32,000 nt of DNA. Source: Candidatus Lokiarchaeum ossiferum. Its GTDB lineage: Archaea > Asgardarchaeota > Lokiarchaeia > Sigyniarchaeales > Promethearchaeaceae. The stretch lies in the NCBI GenBank assembly GCA_025839675.1, contig CP104013.1:3870001-3902000 (forward strand), read 5' to 3'. This document shows positions 1 to 7,858 of this stretch, in pieces. The notes under the pieces were generated by a model, which was not told where the DNA came from, searched no databases, and saw only the letters and a list, made by a program, of their open reading frames with translations. The position numbers and the translations under genes are program-made. Positions within the stretch are counted from its first letter, which is position 1, and every line of letters begins with the position of its first letter.

Positions 1-890
1 TCATGACCTATTGTGGTAATGGTATTGTTTATTACGGAAACCCGATGACAAGAATCAATCACTACTGGATCAAACTTAGTAATACGAAAAATGTTATTAC
101 TAATAACTCCATCTGAGGACCACAATACCGTCATCGGATCAAAAGTTGAGTTTATTTCATTGTTTGATATTGTATAATTTAATAAGTAAGAAAATTGAAT
201 TGCTCCTCCAAAATCAATTTTGTTATTTTGGACACTGATATTGCTCCCTCCTCTAAATACTAAACCACCTCTATGAGATATAGTATTTGTTTCGAAAATT
301 AAATTCTGAGTTCGAGAAATACACATTTGATATATTTTTCCAAATAATATGTTTCCAGTAATATTCAAATTTAGGTTGGAATAGGGAGAAAAATTGAATA
401 TTGGTGAATGTGAGACATTTATTTCATTCTTCGTGATGGATACATTTGAAATACGGTCAAACTCAATACCAAAAGCCACATTCGAAATAATATTCATATT
501 AATTCGAATATTTGAACAATTTTCGATTATTATTGCACTTCTGGAGTTGTTAATACCCGAAATTAAACAATTTTGGATTAAAACATATTTCGTCGTATTT
601 TGGATTGAAATTCCATGAGAGGATGAATTGGGACTTAGAATGAGATTTTCAATAATAATTGGATATTTTGAAGAGTGTCCATTATATGGGTCATTCGCAA
701 ATTGTTCCAAATCACTATCATCCTGAACTAAAATGAGCGCTGAACTTTCTTGGATGACATTATTAACTTGCGGAAAATAAACTTGGTCGAAATTTTCTGT
801 ACTCAGATCAAAGTTCAAATCATTAGGAACACGCAAAAATATTGAGGAAATTAGAATAATGATAGCTAGTAATTTTGGATAAGATTTCAT
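1..890 (-). CDS. right-handed beta-helix (PbH1/NosD-like) surface protein, N-terminal part only (gene runs off the window start)
   Basis: Absent from the ORF track because it is truncated by the window edge. My manual minus-strand translation from the ATG at 888-890 stays open to position 1 (MKSYPKLLAIIILISSIFLRVPNDLNF...KYPIIIENL...IQNCLISG...IENCSNIRINMNIISN...). The first 19 aa are identical to the 1453..3249 product. After that it is a diverged series of short N/I/S-rich beta-helix repeats. Confidence 0.75.
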   Translation of the reverse strand, partial: MKSYPKLLAIIILISSIFLRVPNDLNFDLSTENFDQVYFPQVNNVIQESSALILVQDDSDLEQFANDPYNGHSSKYPIIIENLILSPNSSSHGISIQNTTKYVLIQNCLISGINNSRSAIIIENCSNIRINMNIISNVAFGIEFDRISNVSITKNEINVSHSPIFNFSPYSNLNLNITGNILFGKIYQMCISRTQNLIFETNTISHRGGLVFRGGSNISVQNNKIDFGGAIQFSYLLNYTISNNEINSTFDPMTVLWSSDGVISNNIFRITKFDPVVIDSCHRVSVINNTITTIGH

Positions 891-1312
891 CTATAATTTT
901 ATAATAGTGATTCAAAATATAAGTCTTATTTCACAAGATTGAATAGAAGTATTTTGATAAGAAAAGAGTGAAAAAAGAGAACTAAGTATTTTTAAACTTA
1001 AATAAATGGATAATCAAACAAAAAAAAAAGGAATCAAACAGGTATATCTCTCCTATCGGAGATCATTATAGAAGAAATTGTCAATACCATGGTATATCCG
1101 AATAAAATCAACATATCTCGTAGAACATTTTCATAGCTGTGAGAAACCATGATTCTCGCGGGTTCGTAATAGAAAAAGAGACTCAAGAATTTAATATCTT
1201 GAATATTTTCTTGAAAACTGGTGTAGAATGTGCCAATTACGAAGAACACAACAAAATTGCCGAAAGCCGCTCCCGTTGCATTCTTTCTATTTAAGAACGT
1301 TGAGAAAAAGAA
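841..1312. repeat. copy A of a ~472-bp near-identical direct repeat (beta-helix gene start + intergenic + permease 3' end)
   Basis: Aligns base for base with 3200..3671 at a constant offset of 2359 nt. I counted about 17 substitutions by eye. Similarity ends abruptly at ...tgagaaaaagaa (1312), at a locally triplicated aagaacgtt motif. Confidence 0.9.
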
Positions 1313-1366
1313 CGTTAAGAACGTTGATAAACTTTCATCTCTATTTCTAACATCGTTTTTGTTCAT
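1034..1366 (-). pseudogene. truncated duplicate of the ABC-2 permease 3' end (last ~93 codons)
   Basis: FFFSTFLNRKNATGAAFG...FYYEPARIMVSHSYENVLRDMLILFGYT..DRRDIPV is near-identical to the C-terminus of the 3393..4208 product. The first ~17 aa are junction-derived. The first ~175 aa of the full-length permease are missing. The frame is still open, so expression as a 2-TM mini-protein cannot be excluded. Confidence 0.7.
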
Positions 1367-1452
1367 ATAAATTTTATTTTATTGAACCATATATAATGGT
1401 AGAAATTGAAGAAAAAAATGAATAGCATTAAATGGGCTAATTTTTTGCTTTT

Positions 1453-3249
1453 TTATTGAACTTCTATTACTTGAGAACTCTTGTTTAGCAAATATTTGAT
1501 TTCTTTAGGTTTTATCAGGAAAAATAGAGGTAATGTAAACCAAATAACATGGAAATAATAGCTATAATCTATTTGGATAAATTTTGGTGTAATAAGAATT
1601 AATCTTAGCATTTCTATGGATTTTCCTAAGATAATAAAGATACCTAACAGTCCCCCAATCAAATTTAAAATGAAAATAAAAATAAGTCTATAATTTTTCT
1701 TCTTTTTGAATTCTGCAGTCATATGATCTTCTGCAAATATTTTCAAAGCAAAAATTATTCCAATCATCACAACAAAACCGATTGTATAGATAGGAAAAGT
1801 ATTGAAATTCAAGCCACAATAACCGAATAGAAGTAAAAATGGGGGAACGCCAAAGAAGTAAATATATGTAAAGATGTCTTTCAATGTTGAAAAGTTACTT
1901 ATTTTTTCTTTTTCCTTTACTTTTCTTTTATTTTCAAAACCTTCATGGGTTTTTCCATCAACAAGATCTGATTCCTTTTTGACATTTTTTTGGATTAATA
2001 GATATCCTAAATAGAAGACACAATAAACGATAAAATAGGAAATAAATAATGTGTATTCTTTCCAAATTTTAATTGTATTGATTTCATTATTGGTGATTAT
2101 ATTTAGATCAGGTTCAGTAGAATAAATTCCTTCGTTTGATATCCCAGTGAGATGGTTGTTTGAGATAAAATTATCTATTGAATTAACCAATACAATACCA
2201 TTGGTGTGAAAATTTATAGTATTATTAATTATTTCTGAATTGTTCGTATTGAGGAAAATAATGCCTGCTCCATCAGTGTCTCTAAAAACAAAATCTTCGG
2301 GGGGATTATTTGTAGCGGAAGTTGACCAAAAATTCTTATATTTTAAATACTTATAGCCTAATGTCGTTACATTATTATCTTCTACTGAAATAGAGTCGCA
2401 AGATGAGAAATACAATGATTCAAAGAAATAATTTAGGATTGTGTTATTATTGATAAATCCATCAATTGAATTTGTAATAGAGAGTGGTTTGTAGATAGTT
2501 TCCATTATATTATTAGAAATTTTAAAAGATATCACATTGGATAGGTAAATTCCTCTTCCAAAACTTAACTCACCTTTAAAAGTATTATTTAAAACGCTTA
2601 CATTTTTACATTGGGATATTCTAAAGGCATCATTGATAACTAAATTGCCTTCGAAAAGGAGATTATGTATATATGAAAGATATGTTGGATAAGAATTACT
2701 TCTCAATTCATTGCCAATAATGGTAATATTTTCACTATGATCGAATGATTTGCTATCTAATGATTCATCTGAAGCATTGATTTTGTTATGGTTTATAATT
2801 ATATTTGAGATATTAGTCCATTGAATACCAGTTTCAACTTTGGTTATTGTATTTAAGTCAATTTGAATATTGGAACAATTTATCATTTCTATTGCTAATG
2901 TCGTTCTTGAATTTCCCGATATTCTACAATTACGGATTAATACATGTTTTCTAGTATTTTGGATGGATATTACTTTTCCAGCTGAAATATTATTCAAACT
3001 TAAATTTTCTATAATTATTGGATATTTGGAAGAGTTTCCATTAAAAGAAACACTCGCAAATTGATCCAAATCGCCATCACTATTGATGGATATGAAAACT
3101 TCACTATTTTGGATAAATCCAGTAGATTGTGGAAAAGAAGTCTGGTTGAAATCATCTAGACAATGATCATTGATCAAATTAATGGAAACAGACAAAAATA
3201 TTGAGGAAATTAGAATAATGATAGCTAGTAATTTTGGATAAGATTTCAT
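1453..3249 (-). CDS. beta-helix (PbH1 / NosD-like) ectodomain fused to a C-terminal polytopic membrane domain
   Basis: 598-aa ORF with an N-terminal signal/anchor (MKSYPKLLAIIILISSIFL). It carries many beta-helix repeat units (IRNCRISGN, NCSNIQIDLNTI, ISNIIINHNKI, ENITIIGNEL, VSVLNNTF, SEIINNTINF, IDNFISNNHL) and many N-x-S/T sequons. The last ~200 aa hold about 5 hydrophobic helices (YFIVYCVFYLGYLLI, FFGVPPFLLLFGYCGL, IGFVVMIGIIFALKIF, LIFIFILNLIGGLLGIFIILG, FHVIWFTLPLFFLI). Confidence 0.8.
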   Translation of the reverse strand: MKSYPKLLAIIILISSIFLSVSINLINDHCLDDFNQTSFPQSTGFIQNSEVFISINSDGDLDQFASVSFNGNSSKYPIIIENLSLNNISAGKVISIQNTRKHVLIRNCRISGNSRTTLAIEMINCSNIQIDLNTITKVETGIQWTNISNIIINHNKINASDESLDSKSFDHSENITIIGNELRSNSYPTYLSYIHNLLFEGNLVINDAFRISQCKNVSVLNNTFKGELSFGRGIYLSNVISFKISNNIMETIYKPLSITNSIDGFINNNTILNYFFESLYFSSCDSISVEDNNVTTLGYKYLKYKNFWSTSATNNPPEDFVFRDTDGAGIIFLNTNNSEIINNTINFHTNGIVLVNSIDNFISNNHLTGISNEGIYSTEPDLNIITNNEINTIKIWKEYTLFISYFIVYCVFYLGYLLIQKNVKKESDLVDGKTHEGFENKRKVKEKEKISNFSTLKDIFTYIYFFGVPPFLLLFGYCGLNFNTFPIYTIGFVVMIGIIFALKIFAEDHMTAEFKKKKNYRLIFIFILNLIGGLLGIFIILGKSIEMLRLILITPKFIQIDYSYYFHVIWFTLPLFFLIKPKEIKYLLNKSSQVIEVQ

Positions 3250-3671
3250 CTATAATTTTATAATTGTGATTCAAAATATAAGTCTTATTTCACAAGATTG
3301 AATAGAAGTATTTTGATAAGAAAAGAGTGAAAAAAGAGAACTGAGTATTTTTAAACTTAAAAAAATGGATAATCAAACAAAAAAAATAGGAATCAAACAG
3401 GAATATCTCTCCTATCGAAGATCATTATAGAAGAAATTGTCAATACCAAGGTATATCCGAATAAAATCAACATATCTCGCAGAACATTTTCATAACTGTG
3501 AGAAACCATAATTCTCGCGGGTTCGTAGTAGAAAAAGATACTCAAGAATTTAATATCTTGGATATTTTCTTGAAAACTGGTGTAGAAGGTGCCAATTACG
3601 AAGAACACAACAAAAATTCCGAAAGCCGCTCCCGTTGCATTCTTTCTATTTAAGAACGTTGAGAAAAAGAA
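3200..3671. repeat. copy B of the ~472-bp near-identical direct repeat
   Basis: See copy A (841..1312). Covers the first 50 nt of the 1453..3249 CDS, the 143-bp intergenic region and the last ~279 nt of the permease CDS. Confidence 0.9.
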
Positions 3672-4208
3672 GGCTGTAGTTGTCAAAGATAAAATTAATA
3701 AAAATGCCCATGTTAGTGCTGTAATAAATTCTGCGGTATTAATTTCTTGATCTTTCAGATTTGGGAGAATTAAGATGAGTAAGGCAGTAATTAATCCCAT
3801 GGAAATTATAACTGTGAGAATCGTAAATAGAAATCTCAGATATCGCCCGAGAATAAATTCCCATCGCTTCACCGGTTTGCTTAAGATTAAATCAATCGTT
3901 TTATTTTCAATTGTGGATGGAATATCTTGACCTGCTTTTAAGACAAAGTATATGCCTAGCCACATCCAAATCATGGCCAGAAATTCTACAGTGTAAAACC
4001 CCGCAAAAGTAGTCATATCAAGCACTCCCCCTACCATATCTAGAATCGCTTCAGGATAGTTAGCCACTAAATCTTCAAAATCGACAAAGAGGTCAGGGTC
4101 GAATATCACGGCGATCATTAGAACAAATAAACCCATAATGATCGAAAGGAGTAGGGTCGATTTGAGACTCTTTTTGATTTCAATCTTAGTAATTGTGAGA
4201 AGGCTCAT
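3393..4208 (-). CDS. ABC-2 type (NosY-like) transporter permease
   Basis: 271-aa ORF with about 6 hydrophobic helices. Its start overlaps the upstream ATPase stop by 4 nt (ATGA), which implies translational coupling. Typical ABC-2 architecture. Confidence 0.8.
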   Translation of the reverse strand: MSLLTITKIEIKKSLKSTLLLSIIMGLFVLMIAVIFDPDLFVDFEDLVANYPEAILDMVGGVLDMTTFAGFYTVEFLAMIWMWLGIYFVLKAGQDIPSTIENKTIDLILSKPVKRWEFILGRYLRFLFTILTVIISMGLITALLILILPNLKDQEINTAEFITALTWAFLLILSLTTTAFFFSTFLNRKNATGAAFGIFVVFFVIGTFYTSFQENIQDIKFLSIFFYYEPARIMVSHSYENVLRDMLILFGYTLVLTISSIMIFDRRDIPV

Positions 4209-5185
4209 CGTTTCATCTCCTCAGAATTTTCTTTATCATTTGTTTTATAATATTTCATAAAAATTTCTTCAAGGCTGGCACTATTTATATTGAAATCTTT
4301 GACAAATTCCCCTGCCCATTCTTGTCCACTCACTTCATGCAGCAACTGTCTTTTTTTCTCTGGTGAAATCAAAAATTCGATGGTAGTGGTGCTTTGGGAT
4401 TTGATTGATGCCTCAGGAATCTCGTTTTGGAGATAGGATATGAAATCCTTTAAGCTTGCATTGGTTACAAATTCCAAATGAAAACTTTTCAACCCCTTCT
4501 CTTTCAAATCTGTGATGTCTGAAATCTCTACGAGTTTTCCCTCACGAATAATAGCAACCCGTTGGCAGTTATCTTCAACTTCGGAAAGGATATGGGAACA
4601 TAAAAAGACGGTACAATTGGTCTTCCGTTGCTTTTCTTTCAATATTTTGAAAAATTCTGCTTGAATGAGAGGATCAAGTCCCGAAGTAGGTTCATCCAAA
4701 ATTAATATTTCGAAATCACTCATTAAGGCGGCAAGGATTCCGACTTTCTGTTTATTTCCCTTGCTTAATTCTTGAGTGGGGCGATTTATATCTAAATTTA
4801 ATCGAGTCGCAATTTTTTGAATTTCATCCAAATGGAAAGCGTTACCATACAATTTACTCAAGTATTCACACATTTGAAGGCCGGTCAGATCCCCTTCCAA
4901 TCCTAATTCTCCCGGGATATATCCTATTTTACTGCGGTAAGTGGTTTGATGATTTGGATCAATTTTTTCTCCCAAAATGGTAATTTCACCCTCGACTCCT
5001 CTAAGCATCCCTAGAATGGCGCGGATAGTAGTGGTTTTTCCCGCACCATTGGGTCCTAAAAATCCAAAGATTTCCCCTTCGTTAACTTTAAAAGAAATAT
5101 CATCAACCGCTTTGATTTCTACTCTTTTTGGGAATTTTTTAGTATAATATTTTTTTAAATTTTTAATTGTTATGACGGCACTCAA
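4205..5185 (-). CDS. ABC transporter ATP-binding protein (CcmA/NosF-like) with a C-terminal extension
   Basis: Walker A GPNGAGKTT, Q-loop region, signature LSKGNKQKV, Walker B ILILDEPTSGLD and H-loop CSHIL, followed by a ~100-aa C-terminal domain. The start codon appears to be TTG. Confidence 0.9.
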   Translation of the reverse strand: MSAVITIKNLKKYYTKKFPKRVEIKAVDDISFKVNEGEIFGFLGPNGAGKTTTIRAILGMLRGVEGEITILGEKIDPNHQTTYRSKIGYIPGELGLEGDLTGLQMCEYLSKLYGNAFHLDEIQKIATRLNLDINRPTQELSKGNKQKVGILAALMSDFEILILDEPTSGLDPLIQAEFFKILKEKQRKTNCTVFLCSHILSEVEDNCQRVAIIREGKLVEISDITDLKEKGLKSFHLEFVTNASLKDFISYLQNEIPEASIKSQSTTTIEFLISPEKKRQLLHEVSGQEWAGEFVKDFNINSASLEEIFMKYYKTNDKENSEEMKR

Positions 5186-5278
5186 TTTTTTTTACCTGAT
5201 AGAAATTTTAATACGCTTCTGAAATAAGAAATCAGTCCATGGGATTTAATTTTGACCATTAATTCATAAAATTATCTG

Positions 5279-5776
5279 ATGAATCCCAACACTGCGAAAA
5301 AAAAGGGTAGAAGCCAACAGATATGTGATTTAATTCAAATTCTTCCCGTTTCAGATACCACGGTGAATTCCGCAAAAAATTTGGTTTTGGCGGGTTTAAA
5401 GGAGCATTGGGGTTATATTGATGATACCCTGAATCCTGATCTATATGCGATCTTGGATCATTATATTGGAAAAGGGGACGATTTTCTAGTCGGAATCTAT
5501 GAAAATGAAATAATCTGCTGCGGCGCTTTAATCCTAGAGGAAAATAAAGTAGGCCGAATGCAACGAATTTCAGTTGATCAGAATTTTCGAGGTATGGGAT
5601 TAGCCAGTAAAATAGTTAGATCTTTGGAAAAGCAAGCAAAAATACGTGGAATGGATCGAATTGTGGTGGAAACAACCAACACATGGTCCGATGCCATTAG
5701 ATTATATTTGAAAAATGGATATACTGAATCCCATCGCGATCCAGAAGATATTCATTTTTTTAAAGATCTTTCATAA
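5279..5776 (+). CDS. GNAT family N-acetyltransferase
   Basis: 165 aa. Acetyl-CoA-binding motif A, QRISVDQNFRGMGLASKIVRSLEKQA (Q/R-x-x-G-x-G/A). Size is typical of a single GNAT domain. Confidence 0.8.
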   Translation: MNPNTAKKKGRSQQICDLIQILPVSDTTVNSAKNLVLAGLKEHWGYIDDTLNPDLYAILDHYIGKGDDFLVGIYENEIICCGALILEENKVGRMQRISVDQNFRGMGLASKIVRSLEKQAKIRGMDRIVVETTNTWSDAIRLYLKNGYTESHRDPEDIHFFKDLS

Positions 5777-5788
5777 ATTGTTCTAATT

Positions 5789-7003
5789 TTACCTGTTTTT
5801 AATCATATATTGTTCAAGACGCTGAGGTTTTTTGTAAGTTTGTTGAGATGCATAAGTTTCTAAGGTACGAGTTGATTTTATGAATTTTCGATAGATTTTG
5901 ACATCAATGATATCAAGATGGGAAAGAAACCATTCGCGCAAAGGTTTATCCTCAAAGTCTATTAATCGTGAAGGGGGATTTCCTTTGAAAACAATATAAA
6001 GCACGGGTAAGGAACGCGAATTTTTCAGGATTTGATCGTTTTTTTGAATTAAAAACGGGTTTTGTCTGATGATTTCGTGATTGATTTGAGCATAAATTTC
6101 TGACATAGATTGGTAGCTTTTGGAAAAAAACACGGTGATCCATTCAATTGGCCTATTTTTTAGCTTTATCAAAGAAATTTTCTGGCGAAATATCCCCTTG
6201 GACCCTGATATTTCTCCATAAAAGACACCTTTCTGAAATGTATTTTCTCCCGCAGAAACTGCTTGTGCACAACCAGGATTAAAAATCCATCCCTGAAGTG
6301 AATATCCTAAATGGTAATGTCCTAAACCTAAATAATCCACACGATCTCGCAGGCAAGATACTCGATGAAGTGATTGCCCTGGTACACCTTTCATCTGCCC
6401 TTGGATTCCGAAATGTTGAAGAAGAATATGAAACATTCCATCTTGGTCATTAATTCCCTCCCGAATTAAGTGAATTTTTTTTGGTAATTGCTTGCCTAAA
6501 TAACTGGAGCCATAAATGACACAATTCTTTATAATCACTTTTCCTCCTTTACGTAAAATAGGATCAAAAATGCTAAATCGCTGTTCTGGTTGATTTTCTA
6601 AATCTGCATCCAGAAGGATCAACATTCCCAATTTATTTAAAATCCGAAGCCATGATTGTCTACGCGGAATTTGGTTTCCATGGGAATATCTGCGGATATC
6701 GTGGTTTCCTTCAATTGCAATTATAGGAATCTTTTCATTGGTTCTTTGTTTAAAATCCGATAATATATCAATAATTTGTTCCATTTGATTAGGCAATAGA
6801 TCCTGTGATGTGAAAATGTCTCCTCCCAAGATTATAAAATCGACCTGTCTGTCAATCGCTAACGTCAAAATTTGCTGGAAGGCAAATAAATGATCATCGG
6901 CAAGCAAAGGATTCTGATATTGCTTAGATCCGAAGTGTAAATCGCTTGCATGTAGGAAACGAGTGCTTTTAGTATTGGTGGAAATATTTTGGGAAGAATT
7001 CAC
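5789..7003 (-). CDS. Mre11/SbcD-family calcineurin-like metallophosphoesterase (putative nuclease)
   Basis: Ordered phosphoesterase motifs: HASDLHFG (D-x-H), ILGGDIF (GD), IEGNHD (GNHD), LLQHFG (H), GLGHYH (GH-x-H). The N-terminal layout is typical of Mre11/SbcD. The ~120-aa C-terminal region is not recognisable. The start appears to be GTG. Confidence 0.8.
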   Translation of the reverse strand: MNSSQNISTNTKSTRFLHASDLHFGSKQYQNPLLADDHLFAFQQILTLAIDRQVDFIILGGDIFTSQDLLPNQMEQIIDILSDFKQRTNEKIPIIAIEGNHDIRRYSHGNQIPRRQSWLRILNKLGMLILLDADLENQPEQRFSIFDPILRKGGKVIIKNCVIYGSSYLGKQLPKKIHLIREGINDQDGMFHILLQHFGIQGQMKGVPGQSLHRVSCLRDRVDYLGLGHYHLGYSLQGWIFNPGCAQAVSAGENTFQKGVFYGEISGSKGIFRQKISLIKLKNRPIEWITVFFSKSYQSMSEIYAQINHEIIRQNPFLIQKNDQILKNSRSLPVLYIVFKGNPPSRLIDFEDKPLREWFLSHLDIIDVKIYRKFIKSTRTLETYASQQTYKKPQRLEQYMIKNR

Positions 7004-7116
7004 AATGCTCTAGGATATCAATTCTCCCCCAAAAAGTAAAGCACGAAGCAAGATTACTATATTTTTACAATTTTCTCATAGTTATGGAGAAAAAAATTCC
7101 GTAAAAACTATCAGTT

Positions 7117-7827
7117 CTACTTTAATTGAATCTGAATTGGTGCAAAAGAAAATTGTTTAGTCTGACCTGAAAACACAAATTCTGATGTAATCGGATAGAG
7201 AATATAGACTCCGGGATACCCTTTTTTAATGTTCCACGGCACATTTCCTACAATAATCTCTCCCGGATTGATGGTATTTGGTTGGGGAGTGTCTAATTTC
7301 TTGCCAAGCATTGTGAGCAATTCATTGCCTTGTAAATCTCCTAAACGAAATCCACATGGTGTAATATGCACTTGTTCATAAGTTACTGGTTGGTCTGTAA
7401 TATTTTTCATTAAGAGTGTCAAATTACCTTCGTACATTGCTTCATTTTCTTCAGAACTTGTCGAATATATAGTTCCTTCATCTAAGAAAAAGGAAAATTC
7501 TAATCCACTCTCTTGCTTATCCTTAATTTTGCGAATGATAGGAAGATGTTTAACATCCATTTCATGCACCAGTGAAATCGTTCCCTCTTCTAATATGTCT
7601 AGCGCGTCAGTGAGTTTTTTAAATAGTTGTTCCTCTTCGGATTTTGCTGCGTAGAGTTGAATTGGTTCATTTTTGGTGGGAATATCATAGTACATGGCAA
7701 TAAGCTTGCGGGAATCTTTTTCAGAATCATCAAATTCAAAGTGACTGAGTTGTAAACCGTATTTTTCTGCAAGAATTTCGATTTTGGATTTATCGGGAAT
7801 GTTTTTTGCAGCAATTTTCAAAAGCAT
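7117..7827 (-). CDS. hypothetical protein (no recognisable motif), between the HerA-like and Mre11-like genes
   Basis: 236-aa ORF with an ATG start, 31 bp downstream of the HerA-like stop. The N-terminal half is acidic/helical-looking. The C-terminal half is beta-rich (NPGEIIVGNVPWNIKKGYPGVYILYPITSEFVFSG). No catalytic signature identified. Confidence 0.6.
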   Translation of the reverse strand: MLLKIAAKNIPDKSKIEILAEKYGLQLSHFEFDDSEKDSRKLIAMYYDIPTKNEPIQLYAAKSEEEQLFKKLTDALDILEEGTISLVHEMDVKHLPIIRKIKDKQESGLEFSFFLDEGTIYSTSSEENEAMYEGNLTLLMKNITDQPVTYEQVHITPCGFRLGDLQGNELLTMLGKKLDTPQPNTINPGEIIVGNVPWNIKKGYPGVYILYPITSEFVFSGQTKQFSFAPIQIQLK

Positions 7828-7858
7828 AGGAAAATTAAAGGAAGGAAGAAAAAATATT

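Noticed and set aside
394-3064. Plus-strand ORFs 394..618 and 2870..3064
   Set aside because: Both lie fully antisense inside the two beta-helix genes. They resemble each other only because the underlying genes are paralogous. Their low-complexity I/F/L-rich translations are typical of shadow ORFs in AT-rich DNA.
5952-7814. Nested minus-strand ORFs 5952..6143 and 7599..7814 (also 21848..22036)
   Set aside because: They lie out of frame inside, or overlap the start of, longer motif-supported genes on the same strand. Their composition looks non-protein-like.
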